DNA of 64,000 nucleotides from Clostridia bacterium (lineage in GTDB: Bacteria > Bacillota > Clostridia > Christensenellales > Aristaeellaceae), in assembly GCA_017534885.1 (NCBI GenBank), contig JAFXVR010000029.1:6245-70244 (forward strand), written 5' to 3'. The position numbers were made by a program, and so were the translations under genes. Shown in pieces: positions 8,342 to 16,294 of the stretch; the first letter of the stretch is position 1, and the number at the start of each line of letters is the position of its first letter. The notes under the pieces are model-generated. The model was not told the DNA's origin, ran no database searches, and worked only from the letters and a program-made list of their open reading frames with translations.

Positions 8342-9327
8342 GGGTACGCCACCTTCAGTCCGTTGTCCAGACAGTACGCCTCCGCATACGTCCCGCGGCT
8401 GACACAGAAGGTCAGGTCGGGGCTGCAGTCCTCGAGATTGTCGGCGAAATAGGCCTCCATCAGGCTGGCGGGGAGGTTGATCCGGGTCAGGGCGGCGCAG
8501 CCCTCAAAGGCGCCGGCGCCGATGGAATAGACGCCCTCGGGCAGGGTGAGGGTCTTCAGGGAGGCAGCGCCGCAGAAGGCGCCGTCGGCGATGTGTTTGG
8601 TGCCCTCCGGGGCGGTGTAGGAGCGGTTGAGGCGGCCGCAGGGATAGAGGAGGAGGGTCTCCCCGTCCCGGGTGAAGAGGATGCCGCCCGCGGTCTTCAG
8701 GGTGGGGTGGCTGTCGGAGACTTCGACCCTGCGCAGGTTGGAGCAGGTCTCCACATCGCAGACGCCGAAGGCCGTGAGGCTGTCCGGCAGGGCGATGGTG
8801 TTGAGCCCGGCGCAGTTCATCAGCGCGTTGTGGGCGATCCGCTCCGTGCCCTCCTGAATGGTGAAGCCGGTCTCCTGCCGGGCGGCGGGATAGGCGATCA
8901 GGGTCTTCGTCTCCCGGTTGTACAAGCCGCCGTCGACCACCTCAAACACGTCGTTCTGTTCGGGGACGGCGATCTCCTCCAGGTCTGTCAGCTCGCAGAA
9001 GGGGTTCAGGCCGATGTCCCAGTCCCCGATGACGCTGACGTGCCTGGGGAGGGTCACCCGGGTGACCTTCTCCACCGCGATCTGCCACTGGGGGTGGTAG
9101 AACAGCTCGGTCACCAGCTTCCGGTCGATGCGCGTGGGCAAGGCGAAGTCCGCCTCCGTCACGGTGATGCCGTAGAGCATGACGCCGTCGGGGCGGAGCT
9201 TGTACTGGTACAGCCCGTCCTCACTGGTGTAGGCGAGGTTCTCGGGGGTCGCCGCCAGGGCGGGCAGGATGCCGGCGAGCAGCAGCGCCAGCGCTAAGGT
9301 CAGGATCAGGATCATTGCTTTTTTCAT
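8338..9327 (-). CDS. secreted BspA-type leucine-rich repeat (LRR_5-like) protein
   Basis: AAGGAG RBS and signal peptide MKKAMILILTLALALLLAGILPALA. LRR units include IALPDSLTAFGVCDVETCSNLRRV and LTLPEGVYSIGAGAFEGCAALTRINLP. Paralog of 6521..7486. Confidence 0.75.
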   Translation of the reverse strand: MKKAMILILTLALALLLAGILPALAATPENLAYTSEDGLYQYKLRPDGVMLYGITVTEADFALPTRIDRKLVTELFYHPQWQIAVEKVTRVTLPRHVSVIGDWDIGLNPFCELTDLEEIAVPEQNDVFEVVDGGLYNRETKTLIAYPAARQETGFTIQEGTERIAHNALMNCAGLNTIALPDSLTAFGVCDVETCSNLRRVEVSDSHPTLKTAGGILFTRDGETLLLYPCGRLNRSYTAPEGTKHIADGAFCGAASLKTLTLPEGVYSIGAGAFEGCAALTRINLPASLMEAYFADNLEDCSPDLTFCVSRGTYAEAYCLDNGLKVAYP

Positions 9328-9387
9328 GGCGAATGAGTCTCCTTATGATGATTTACGCGGGGGACTCCCCCGGACCCCTGGCCAGGG

Positions 9388-9535
9388 GGTTCCCCCATCC
9401 CCCCGGCCCCCTTCCCCCGCTGCGGCGGGTGAAGGGGGAGGATTATTCAGTTGCCGGCTGGGGGCCGCTTTCTGCGAGAAAGCGTCCCCCAGACCCCCTT
9501 GAAAGCGCTCCTGCGGAGGGCCGGAGGTGTGCGGC
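9388..9535. repeat. family A element (copy A3, reverse orientation)
   Basis: Same three modules as A1 and immediately upstream of the LRR gene start at 9327. Confidence 0.8.
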
Positions 9536-9620
9536 GAGGCGCTTTGCCCCTTGAAAGCTGTTTCTGCGGAAAGCACATCCGCAAGCACAGAGCTTTAGGG
9601 AAAGCCACAAAAAGCTAACA

Positions 9621-9683
9621 AGGACGGGCCGCGAAGGGGGTCCAGGGGGGCGATCGCAAAGCCCCCCTGGTCGGGCCCGCAGG
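9621..9683. repeat. family C element (copy C2, short form lacking the central segment)
   Basis: AAGGACGGGCCGCGAAGGGGGTCCAGGGGGGCGATCGCAAAGCCCCCCTGGTCGGGCCCGCAGGCCCGAAACCC. Confidence 0.75.
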
Positions 9684-9692
9684 CCCGAAACC

Positions 9693-11165
9693 CTATTCTT
9701 TCGACGCGGCCCCCGCCAGCTGCCTGTACTTGGCCTTCTCCTCCGCCATTTCCTCCACCGTCTTGGTGTGGACGGTGAAGCCCTTGACGGGGCGATAGGG
9801 GACGGTCTTGTGGGCGAGGCGGGTTTTGGCGCGGGCGATCTCCTCCCGGTACTGGGGCAGCCAGGCTTCCTGGGCCACCAGCATTTCGTCCACCATCTGG
9901 ATGATCTCGTCGGGGGTGCAGACCGCGCCGGTCAGGGGATCCATCAGGGCGGCCTGGCGCAGGAGGGTGATGTCGCCCCGCACGGCGGCTTCCACGGCCA
10001 GGCGCTGCACCCACACGCTCTGGGAGCAGATAGCCGCGCAGCCCAGGGGCAGGTCGCCCACCCTCGGGATGGACACGCCGCTGCCGTCCACATAGCCGGG
10101 CACTTCCACCACGCACTCATCGGGCAGGTTGGTGATGGTCCCCTTGTTCATCACGTTGAAGTGCCCCCGGTAGACCCGCCCGGTCTCCAGACCCTCGATG
10201 ATATAGCTGCCGTGCTCGGAGGAGCGGTTCTCGGGGGTGAAGCGCTTCGGCGGCTCCTTCAGCCAGTTGGGGAAGTCGGTCTCGAACCAGTTGCGGCTTT
10301 CCCTGCACACGCGCAGGTAGCCGGCGGTCTCGCCCTGAATCCAGGAGGAGTAGTTGATCCACTTCGCCATCTCCTCGGGGCGCTTGCGGTACCACATCAG
10401 GTATTCGGACAGGTGGCCGTTGCTCTCGGTGGAGTAATAGCCGAAGTGCTTCATCACATCCAGGCGGACGTTTTCGTTGGGCGCGAAGCCGGCCTTCTTC
10501 ATCAGCTCATACAGCTCGGGTGTGCGCTCCACGCCGTCGGTCTTCACGCTGATGTACCAGGTCTGGTGGTTCAGCCCGGCGCAGATGATGTCCACATCCT
10601 TCCGATCCCGGCCCAGAGCCTCGGCGATCTGCTGATGCCCGTGCTGCACGCCGTGGCAGAGGCCGTAGGTCTCCACGCCGCCGTACTTGTTGGCCGCCCA
10701 GGTCATCATGGCGCAGGGGTTGGAGTAATTCAGCATGATGCAGCCCGGCGCGGCCGCCTCGCGGATATCCTTGCAGAAATCCAGAATCGCGTGGACGCCC
10801 CGCTGGCCGTACATGATGCCGCCGATGCACAGGGTGTCGCCCACGCACTGATCCACGCCGTACTTCAGCGGGATCTCGACGTCGGTCTGGAAGGCTTCCA
10901 GCATGCCGATGCGCACGCAGTTGATGACATACTTCGCCCCGGAAAAGGCCTCCCGCCGGTCCAGGGTGGAATGAATGCGGATGTTCAGCCCGTTCTCATC
11001 GATATCCCTCTGGCAGAGCTGCGTCACCATGCGCAGGTTGTCCGGGTTGATGTCGGTAAAAGCCACCTCGATGTCCCGGAATTCCGGCACCGTCAGCAGA
11101 TCCGCCAGCAGCCCCCGGGTGAAGCCGATGCTCCCCGCGCCGATGAACGCGACCTTGAAAGACAT
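9693..11165 (-). CDS. glycoside hydrolase family 4 enzyme (NAD/Mn-dependent alpha-glucosidase/alpha-galactosidase, MelA/AglA-like)
   Basis: N-terminal Rossmann motif KVAFIGAGSIGFTR. GH4 blocks are LNYSNPCAMMTW, GLCHGVQ, CAGLNHQTWY and STESNGHLSEY. GGGAGG RBS. Confidence 0.85.
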   Translation of the reverse strand: MSFKVAFIGAGSIGFTRGLLADLLTVPEFRDIEVAFTDINPDNLRMVTQLCQRDIDENGLNIRIHSTLDRREAFSGAKYVINCVRIGMLEAFQTDVEIPLKYGVDQCVGDTLCIGGIMYGQRGVHAILDFCKDIREAAAPGCIMLNYSNPCAMMTWAANKYGGVETYGLCHGVQHGHQQIAEALGRDRKDVDIICAGLNHQTWYISVKTDGVERTPELYELMKKAGFAPNENVRLDVMKHFGYYSTESNGHLSEYLMWYRKRPEEMAKWINYSSWIQGETAGYLRVCRESRNWFETDFPNWLKEPPKRFTPENRSSEHGSYIIEGLETGRVYRGHFNVMNKGTITNLPDECVVEVPGYVDGSGVSIPRVGDLPLGCAAICSQSVWVQRLAVEAAVRGDITLLRQAALMDPLTGAVCTPDEIIQMVDEMLVAQEAWLPQYREEIARAKTRLAHKTVPYRPVKGFTVHTKTVEEMAEEKAKYRQLAGAASKE

Positions 11166-11364
11166 ATATTCACCTCCCTGTTTCGGGAGTATTATATCGG
11201 ATTTGGGGGGTTATGGCAAGGGGAAAGAGGGGCTTGCCTGCCGGAGGATGATCGGTGTTTTGCTGACTGCGCTCCGGGCTTGCAGGCTTTCGCTGACTGT
11301 AATGGATTTTTGCTGAATGCGCTCCGGGCTTGGATAATTATGCATTTACGTTATGGGCTGACGC

Positions 11365-11431
11365 CTTACTTTTCGTGACCGAAAAGTAACAAAAGGTCCT
11401 GGGGGACACGTTGCGACGTGTGTCCCCCAGG
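11365..11431. repeat. family E double-hairpin element (copy E1)
   Basis: CTTACTTTTCGTGACCGAAAAGTAACAAAAGGTCCTGGGGGACACGTTGCGACGTGTGTCCCCCAGG. It forms two adjacent hairpins. Confidence 0.8.
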
Positions 11432-11693
11432 TCCGGGGCTGTCGCCCATTCTCCGCTGGAAACGCCCCACTGGGGCCTTTCCCGGGCGCTCCGAATCCCC
11501 CCGCACACGCTCGTCCTGCGGCAGGTTTGTTCTTGGGGGTATCTTCGCTGGTTTTGGGGCTTGCCCGCTGCAAAAGACGGGGCGGTCGGGCTGGTTTCGC
11601 TCAGGTGGCTTGGTTCGCGAACCTTCGTTGGGGTTTGCTCCTTTTGTTACTTGAGCAGCTTTCAAGGAGGTCAGCGCCTGCCGCTCACCCCGA

Positions 11694-11990
11694 CCCTCCG
11701 CAGGAGCGCTTTCAAGGGGTCAGCGGGCCACGGCTCACCCCGGCCCTCCGCAGGAGCGCTTTCAAGGGGTCAGCGGGCCACGGCTCACCCCCGACCCTCC
11801 GCAGGAGCGCTTTCAAGGGGTCAGCGGGCCACGGCTCACCCCGGCCCTCCGCAGGAGCGTCTTTCAAGGGATCAGCGGGCCACGGCTCACCCCGGCCCTC
11901 CGCAGGAGCGTCTTTCAAGGGATCAGCGGGCCACGGCTCACCCCGGCCCTCCGCAGGAGCGTCTTTCAAGGGGGTCTCTTTCCTGTTCGG
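11694..11990. repeat. tandem array, about six copies of a 50-51-bp unit (terminal module of family A)
   Basis: The unit CCCTCCGCAGGAGCG(C/T)(C)TTTCAAGGG(G/A)TCAGCGGGCCACGGCTCACCCCG(G/A)C starts at 11694, 11744, 11795, 11845, 11896 and 11947. There are no unique spacers. Confidence 0.85.
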
Positions 11991-12095
11991 ACGCTTTCTC
12001 GCAGAAAGCGTCCCCCAGCTGGTCAACTAACTATTCCTCCCCCTTCCCCCGCGCACGGGGGAAGGGGGCCGGGGGGATGGGGGAACCCCTCTGCC
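11947..12095. repeat. family A element (copy A4, contiguous with the tandem array)
   Basis: ...GCTTTCTCGCAGAAAGCG...CCCCCTTCCCCCGCGCACGGGGGAAGGGGGCCGGGGGGATGGGGGAACCCC. Confidence 0.8.
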
Positions 12096-12149
12096 GGGGA
12101 TGGGGGCACCCCTTGCTCGCAGGCGCGAAATCTGCCTGTCAGAATCCGC

Positions 12150-12177
12150 TTGCAAATCCCGGCCTTCATGGTATAAT
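12150..12177 (+). promoter_or_regulatory. sigma-A-type promoter with extended -10, upstream of 12237..13229
   Basis: TTGCAA (12150-12155), a 16-nt spacer ending in TG, then TATAAT (12172-12177). It is ~60 nt upstream of the ATG. Confidence 0.5.
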
Positions 12178-12236
12178 AATATCAGATGGGCCGGGCCGCG
12201 GCCTGGGCGTCAAGGAGATGTAAGGAGGAAACCCCT

Positions 12237-13229
12237 ATGATGAGAAAGCTTTTGTGCATGCTGCTCAGCCTGTGCCTGATTCTCGGCTCGTCGGTGATGA
12301 TCCGCGCGGAAGCGCCGGTCAGCCTGGATGAGCTGATGGAGGATATCGAGAGCGAGGCGGAGCTCGACAAGGATCTGTCCGTCGCGCCGCTGAAGTGGGA
12401 GCTCAGCGCCGACCGCCGCTGCGTGCACATCACCCGGCCCACGGTCTACGGCGCCGTGCACTACACCGTGGCCTTCAACATTTACAGGGAAGACGGCACC
12501 TCGGTGAGCTATTTCTACGCCTATGAGGACAAGGTGACCTTCACCGCGGGCACCTCCGGCGTCTTCAACGTGTTTGTGGTGGTCACCGACACGGACACCG
12601 GCGCCACCGACACCCAGAACACCGGCTGGCTCTCCATGATCGGGCCCATCGAGCCGCTGATGGTGGGCACCGCGGTCTGGGAGATCTCCTCGGACAAGTC
12701 GACCATCACTGTCAACAAGCCCACTGTCCTGGGCGGCAGCGGCGATTACAAGGTCGCCTATGTCTGCTATGACGACCAGGGCGGTTTCGTGGACGCCCTC
12801 TACAGCGAGGCGGCCTCTGTTGACTTCACCCCCGGCTATGAGGGGAAATTCATTGTGTTCATCACCGTCACCGACAACCAGACCGGCGAGACCTATGCCC
12901 AGAACACCGGCTGGAACAAGCTGGGCGGCACCGATCCCGAGCCCTACACCCCCATGACCGTCGGCACCCTCTCCTATGAGGTCAGCGCCGACGGCAAGTC
13001 CATCTTCATCGACCGCCCGGACATCGCCGGCGGCAGCGGCCAGGCCATCGTCGCCTACAACCTCTATGACGACGCCGGCAATGTGGTGCTCTACTTCTAC
13101 TCCGAGGAGATCCGCGTCGCCATGACCCCCAAGGCCACCGGCACCTTCTGCGCCTTCGTCACCGTCACCGACATCATCACCCGCGAGAACAGCACCCAGA
13201 ATACCGGGTGGCAGGCGCTGACGGAGTGA
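12237..13229 (+). CDS. secreted protein made of three copies of the window-specific ~85-aa module
   Basis: Start trimmed to the ATG at 12237 (TAAGGAGGAA RBS; signal peptide MMRKLLCMLLSLCLILGSSVMIRA). The acidic helix VSLDELMEDIESEAELD follows, then 3 modules (LKWELSADRR.., AVWEISSDKS.., LSYEVSADGKS..). Confidence 0.75.
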   Translation: MMRKLLCMLLSLCLILGSSVMIRAEAPVSLDELMEDIESEAELDKDLSVAPLKWELSADRRCVHITRPTVYGAVHYTVAFNIYREDGTSVSYFYAYEDKVTFTAGTSGVFNVFVVVTDTDTGATDTQNTGWLSMIGPIEPLMVGTAVWEISSDKSTITVNKPTVLGGSGDYKVAYVCYDDQGGFVDALYSEAASVDFTPGYEGKFIVFITVTDNQTGETYAQNTGWNKLGGTDPEPYTPMTVGTLSYEVSADGKSIFIDRPDIAGGSGQAIVAYNLYDDAGNVVLYFYSEEIRVAMTPKATGTFCAFVTVTDIITRENSTQNTGWQALTE

Positions 13230-13281
13230 GCGGGGAGAAGCTCTGAGTTGGGAGTGAGGAGTGAGGAGTTTTCAGCACTCC

Positions 13282-13455
13282 GGCCCTCCGCAGGAGCGTC
13301 TTTCAGGAGGTCTGGAGGCGCTTTCTCGCAGAAAGCGTCCCCAGCGCAGTAACCATATAATCCTCCCCCTTCCCCCGTGCGCGGGGGAAGGGGGAGAAGT
13401 TAGTTGACTGCGCTCCTGCGGAGGGCCGGAAGCCCCCCTGAAGACACTCCCGCGG
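13282..13455. repeat. family A element (copy A5, carries both terminal inverted modules)
   Basis: The left end GGCCCTCCGCAGGAGCG and the right end CGCTCCTGCGGAGGGCC are reverse complements, and both internal hairpins are present. Confidence 0.8.
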
Positions 13456-13543
13456 TATAGTGCTTTGTTGGAGGCAGACCTTGCGTTTACACCTCCAACC
13501 TTCAACCTCGTCCCCCCGTTATTCATTTTTCAATCTTCAGTTT

Positions 13544-13664
13544 TGATTCGGATGTCAAAAGGCCGCTTTCATGAACTGAGCCACGACTGGTTGTGGAAGA
13601 CAGCGGAAATCACCACAACCAGTCGTGGCTCCAAGGTTGAAAGCGCCCTTTTGTCACCCTTACC
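13544..13664. repeat. family B element (copy B2)
   Basis: GATTCGGATGTCAAAAGGCCGCTTTCATGAACTGAGCCACGACTGGTTGTGGAAGACAGCGGAAATCACCACAACCAGTCGTGGCTCCAAGGTTGAAAGCGCCCTTTTGTCACCCTTACC. It has a perfect 19-bp inner stem. Confidence 0.9.
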
Positions 13665-13728
13665 AGTTTTCAGTATTCATTCTGAAACTCCACACTCCAC
13701 ACTTCACACTCCAAAGGAGGCCTTCCCC

Positions 13729-15918
13729 ATGAAGAAATTCCTCGCCGCCCTGACCGCCCTGATTCTGCTCTTCACCTGCTGTCTGGCGGAGACAGCGGTC
13801 GACCTGGACGCGCTGCTGGACGAAATCGAAGCGGCGGCTGATGAAGAGATCGAGAAGATCACGGACGCGATCATCTTCACCAAACCCAGCTTGACGGCAA
13901 CCTTCTACACCACCTCCGAGGAATGGAACAGCGAAAGCAACCACATCGCGAATTATCCTGCTCTGCACAGCCTGCTCGGGGGTGAACCCACGGCTGTCTG
14001 CGAGGACGAAAGCGAGTATTTCGACATTGAGATTCGTACCAGCGATGTGGCCTATCTCGCGACCTATAATATCGCTTTGGTCCTGACGCCCAAGGGGAAG
14101 CTTCCGGAGGCGGCGGTGGGCGTCCACACCTTCACCGTCCGGGTGGACTGGGGCGGACTGACCGCGTCCTTTGAGGTGCGCGCCGAGGTGCTCTCCTATG
14201 ACGGGCCGGCGCTGACCGCCATCACCAACCCGGATACCATTGCCGCGAAAACCAATGAGCGCTTCTTTCTGACCATCACGACGGATCCGGAAGAGTGGTC
14301 CTATCCCGGCATGGAAATCCATTATGGCGTCCAGATCGGTTACCCCGACATGCTGTATGTCAGCAGCAGCGCCCCCGCAGCTCTTGGGCCTGTCCGCGGC
14401 TTCTGCGTTTCCAAACCGGGCGAATACAAGGTGACCCTCATCGCGAAAGCGTGTATGCCTGACGCTCCAAATTGCGTCTTTGATGTCGAAAAGACGGTGA
14501 CGATCACAGCGACGGAAGGCACTGAAACGGAGGGCGTCGTCCTGAGTCTGGAGGAGATGAACAACACGCTCTACGCGCCCTTTTCGCTGAACACCATCGG
14601 CAGCCTGGAAGTCATGAACTTCGCAGAGCTGGTTGAGCAAGGGCTGACGGAGCCCACCATCACCTTCACCCTCGGAGAGGGCTGCCCGGAGCTGGTTTCC
14701 AATTATATGTCTTACATCACGCCCGTGATGAAGGTCGCGATGATCGGGGTCAATTTCAAGCTGCCCGAGGGCGTGAAAACCATTCCCATGGAAATGGCCG
14801 GCGACTACAGCGCCGTCATGCATGTCACCTACGGCGAATTGACCGCTGACCTTCCCATCCGCTTCTCCATCGGGAAATGCGACGCGCCGATGCCCTTCCT
14901 GGTGGGCGTGCCGGAGGCGGTGACCATCAAAGCCGGCGAGCCCTATATCCTGACCCTGAATCCTTATCCCGCTGACTGGTCCTGGCCGGGCATGTACCTG
15001 CTCTACACCTTCACAGACAGCTCCCAGGTGATTTATTACCAACCTCTCGGGGACAACCGCTATGTCCTGAACTGCGGCATTCCGGGTGAATATGACGCGC
15101 TGGTCAACATTGATATCTACTCCGACGGCCTCTATGTCCAGTGCTACCACCAGATCAGCTATCCCTTCCATCTGACCGTGGTGGACGGCGACGCCCCCGA
15201 ACCCACCCCGACGGATGAGCCCGAGCCCACCGATGAACCCGAACCCACGCCCACCGGCGAGCCTGAACCGACGGATGAGCCCGAACCCACCGATGAACCC
15301 GAACCCACCCCCACGGACGAGCCCGAGCCCACCGGTGAGCCCACCGAGCCGCTGACCATCGCGGAGACCGAGGCGGTGCACGAGATCAGCGAGGACGGCA
15401 AGTCCATCTACATCGACAAGCCGACCATCAGCGGCGGCGTCGCGCCCTACACCATCGCCTACAACTGCTATGACGCTGAGTCTCAGCCCGTCAATTACTA
15501 CTATTCCGACGACGACCGCACCGCCATGACCCCCGGCTACAACGGCCGCTTCAACGTGTTTGTGGTGGTCCGTGACAGCGCCGGCGCGGAAGCCCAGATC
15601 GACACCGGCTGGCTCGACCTGACCGGCTATGAGACCCTTCCGCTGAAGGTGGAGGAAGAAGCCGCCGTCTGGGAGCTCAGCGAGGACGGCAAGTCGATCT
15701 ACATCAACAAGCCCACCATCAGCGGCGGCACCGGCACCTACACCATCGCCTACAACTGCTACGACGCGGAGTCGAAGCCCGTCAACTATTACTACTCCAG
15801 CGACGACCGCACCGCCATGACCCCCGGCTACGCAGGCAGATTCTGCGTGTTTGTGGTGGTGAGCGACGGGAAAGAGGAAGTGACCATCAATACCGGATGG
15901 GTGGAGATGGGTGAATAA
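13729..15918 (+). CDS. secreted multi-domain surface protein: two novel ~230-aa internal modules, a PE/PT linker and two ~85-aa modules
   Basis: Start trimmed to the ATG at 13729 (AAGGAGG RBS; MKKFLAALTALILLFTCCLA). The upstream part of the track ORF is the translation of repeat B2. The acidic helix is VDLDALLDEIEAAADEE. The linker is PEPTPTDEPEPTDEPEPTPTGEPEP... The C-terminal modules closely match those of 17329..19416. Confidence 0.75.
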   Translation: MKKFLAALTALILLFTCCLAETAVDLDALLDEIEAAADEEIEKITDAIIFTKPSLTATFYTTSEEWNSESNHIANYPALHSLLGGEPTAVCEDESEYFDIEIRTSDVAYLATYNIALVLTPKGKLPEAAVGVHTFTVRVDWGGLTASFEVRAEVLSYDGPALTAITNPDTIAAKTNERFFLTITTDPEEWSYPGMEIHYGVQIGYPDMLYVSSSAPAALGPVRGFCVSKPGEYKVTLIAKACMPDAPNCVFDVEKTVTITATEGTETEGVVLSLEEMNNTLYAPFSLNTIGSLEVMNFAELVEQGLTEPTITFTLGEGCPELVSNYMSYITPVMKVAMIGVNFKLPEGVKTIPMEMAGDYSAVMHVTYGELTADLPIRFSIGKCDAPMPFLVGVPEAVTIKAGEPYILTLNPYPADWSWPGMYLLYTFTDSSQVIYYQPLGDNRYVLNCGIPGEYDALVNIDIYSDGLYVQCYHQISYPFHLTVVDGDAPEPTPTDEPEPTDEPEPTPTGEPEPTDEPEPTDEPEPTPTDEPEPTGEPTEPLTIAETEAVHEISEDGKSIYIDKPTISGGVAPYTIAYNCYDAESQPVNYYYSDDDRTAMTPGYNGRFNVFVVVRDSAGAEAQIDTGWLDLTGYETLPLKVEEEAAVWELSEDGKSIYINKPTISGGTGTYTIAYNCYDAESKPVNYYYSSDDRTAMTPGYAGRFCVFVVVSDGKEEVTINTGWVEMGE

Positions 15919-16061
15919 GCTGTTGGCAGTTCGCCATCAGCTGTTGGCTCAGTGACCGGAGCCGGAGCGGTGAGAGGATGTTTCACGTGAAACAATGGAC
16001 AGCCCCTCATCCGCCCCGGCTTCCGCCTTTCATCCGGCAGCTGCCTCCAAGGGGACTGCAA

Positions 16062-16204
16062 GCCCTCCGCAGGAGCGCCTTTCAAGGGGGTCTCTTTCCT
16101 GTTCGGACGCTTTCTCGCAGAAAGCGCCCCCAGCACAGATACTATATAACCTCCCCCTTTCCCCGCGCACGGAGGAAGGGGGCTGGGTGGATAGGGGCAC
16201 CCCT
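16062..16204. repeat. family A element (copy A6)
   Basis: GCCCTCCGCAGGAGCGCCTTTCAAGGGGG...GCTTTCTCGCAGAAAGCG...CCCCTTTCCCCGCGCACGGAGGAAGGGGG. Confidence 0.8.
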
Positions 16205-16294
16205 GACCAAGGGAGAACCCCTTCATCCCTCAAACCGCTCAACCAAAACCAAAAGCAACCAAGCTGACAGCTGACAGCTCCTAAGGAGGCCCCC

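Noticed and set aside
9693-11165. The GH4 and GH13 glycosidases as part of a carbohydrate-utilisation locus.
   Set aside because: The two genes are 43 kb apart. Neither has an adjacent transporter or regulator in the window, so a locus-level claim is not supported.
11694-11990. The regularly spaced 50-bp repeats could have been a CRISPR array.
   Set aside because: The whole 50-51-bp unit is repeated head-to-tail with no unique spacers. The unit is the terminal module of interspersed family A, and no cas genes or leader are present.
15190-15350. DNA-level tandem repeats at 15190-15350 and 41535-41665.
   Set aside because: They encode in-frame PEPTDE and TP linkers between domains of surface proteins. 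They are coding low-complexity linkers, not independent repeat features.
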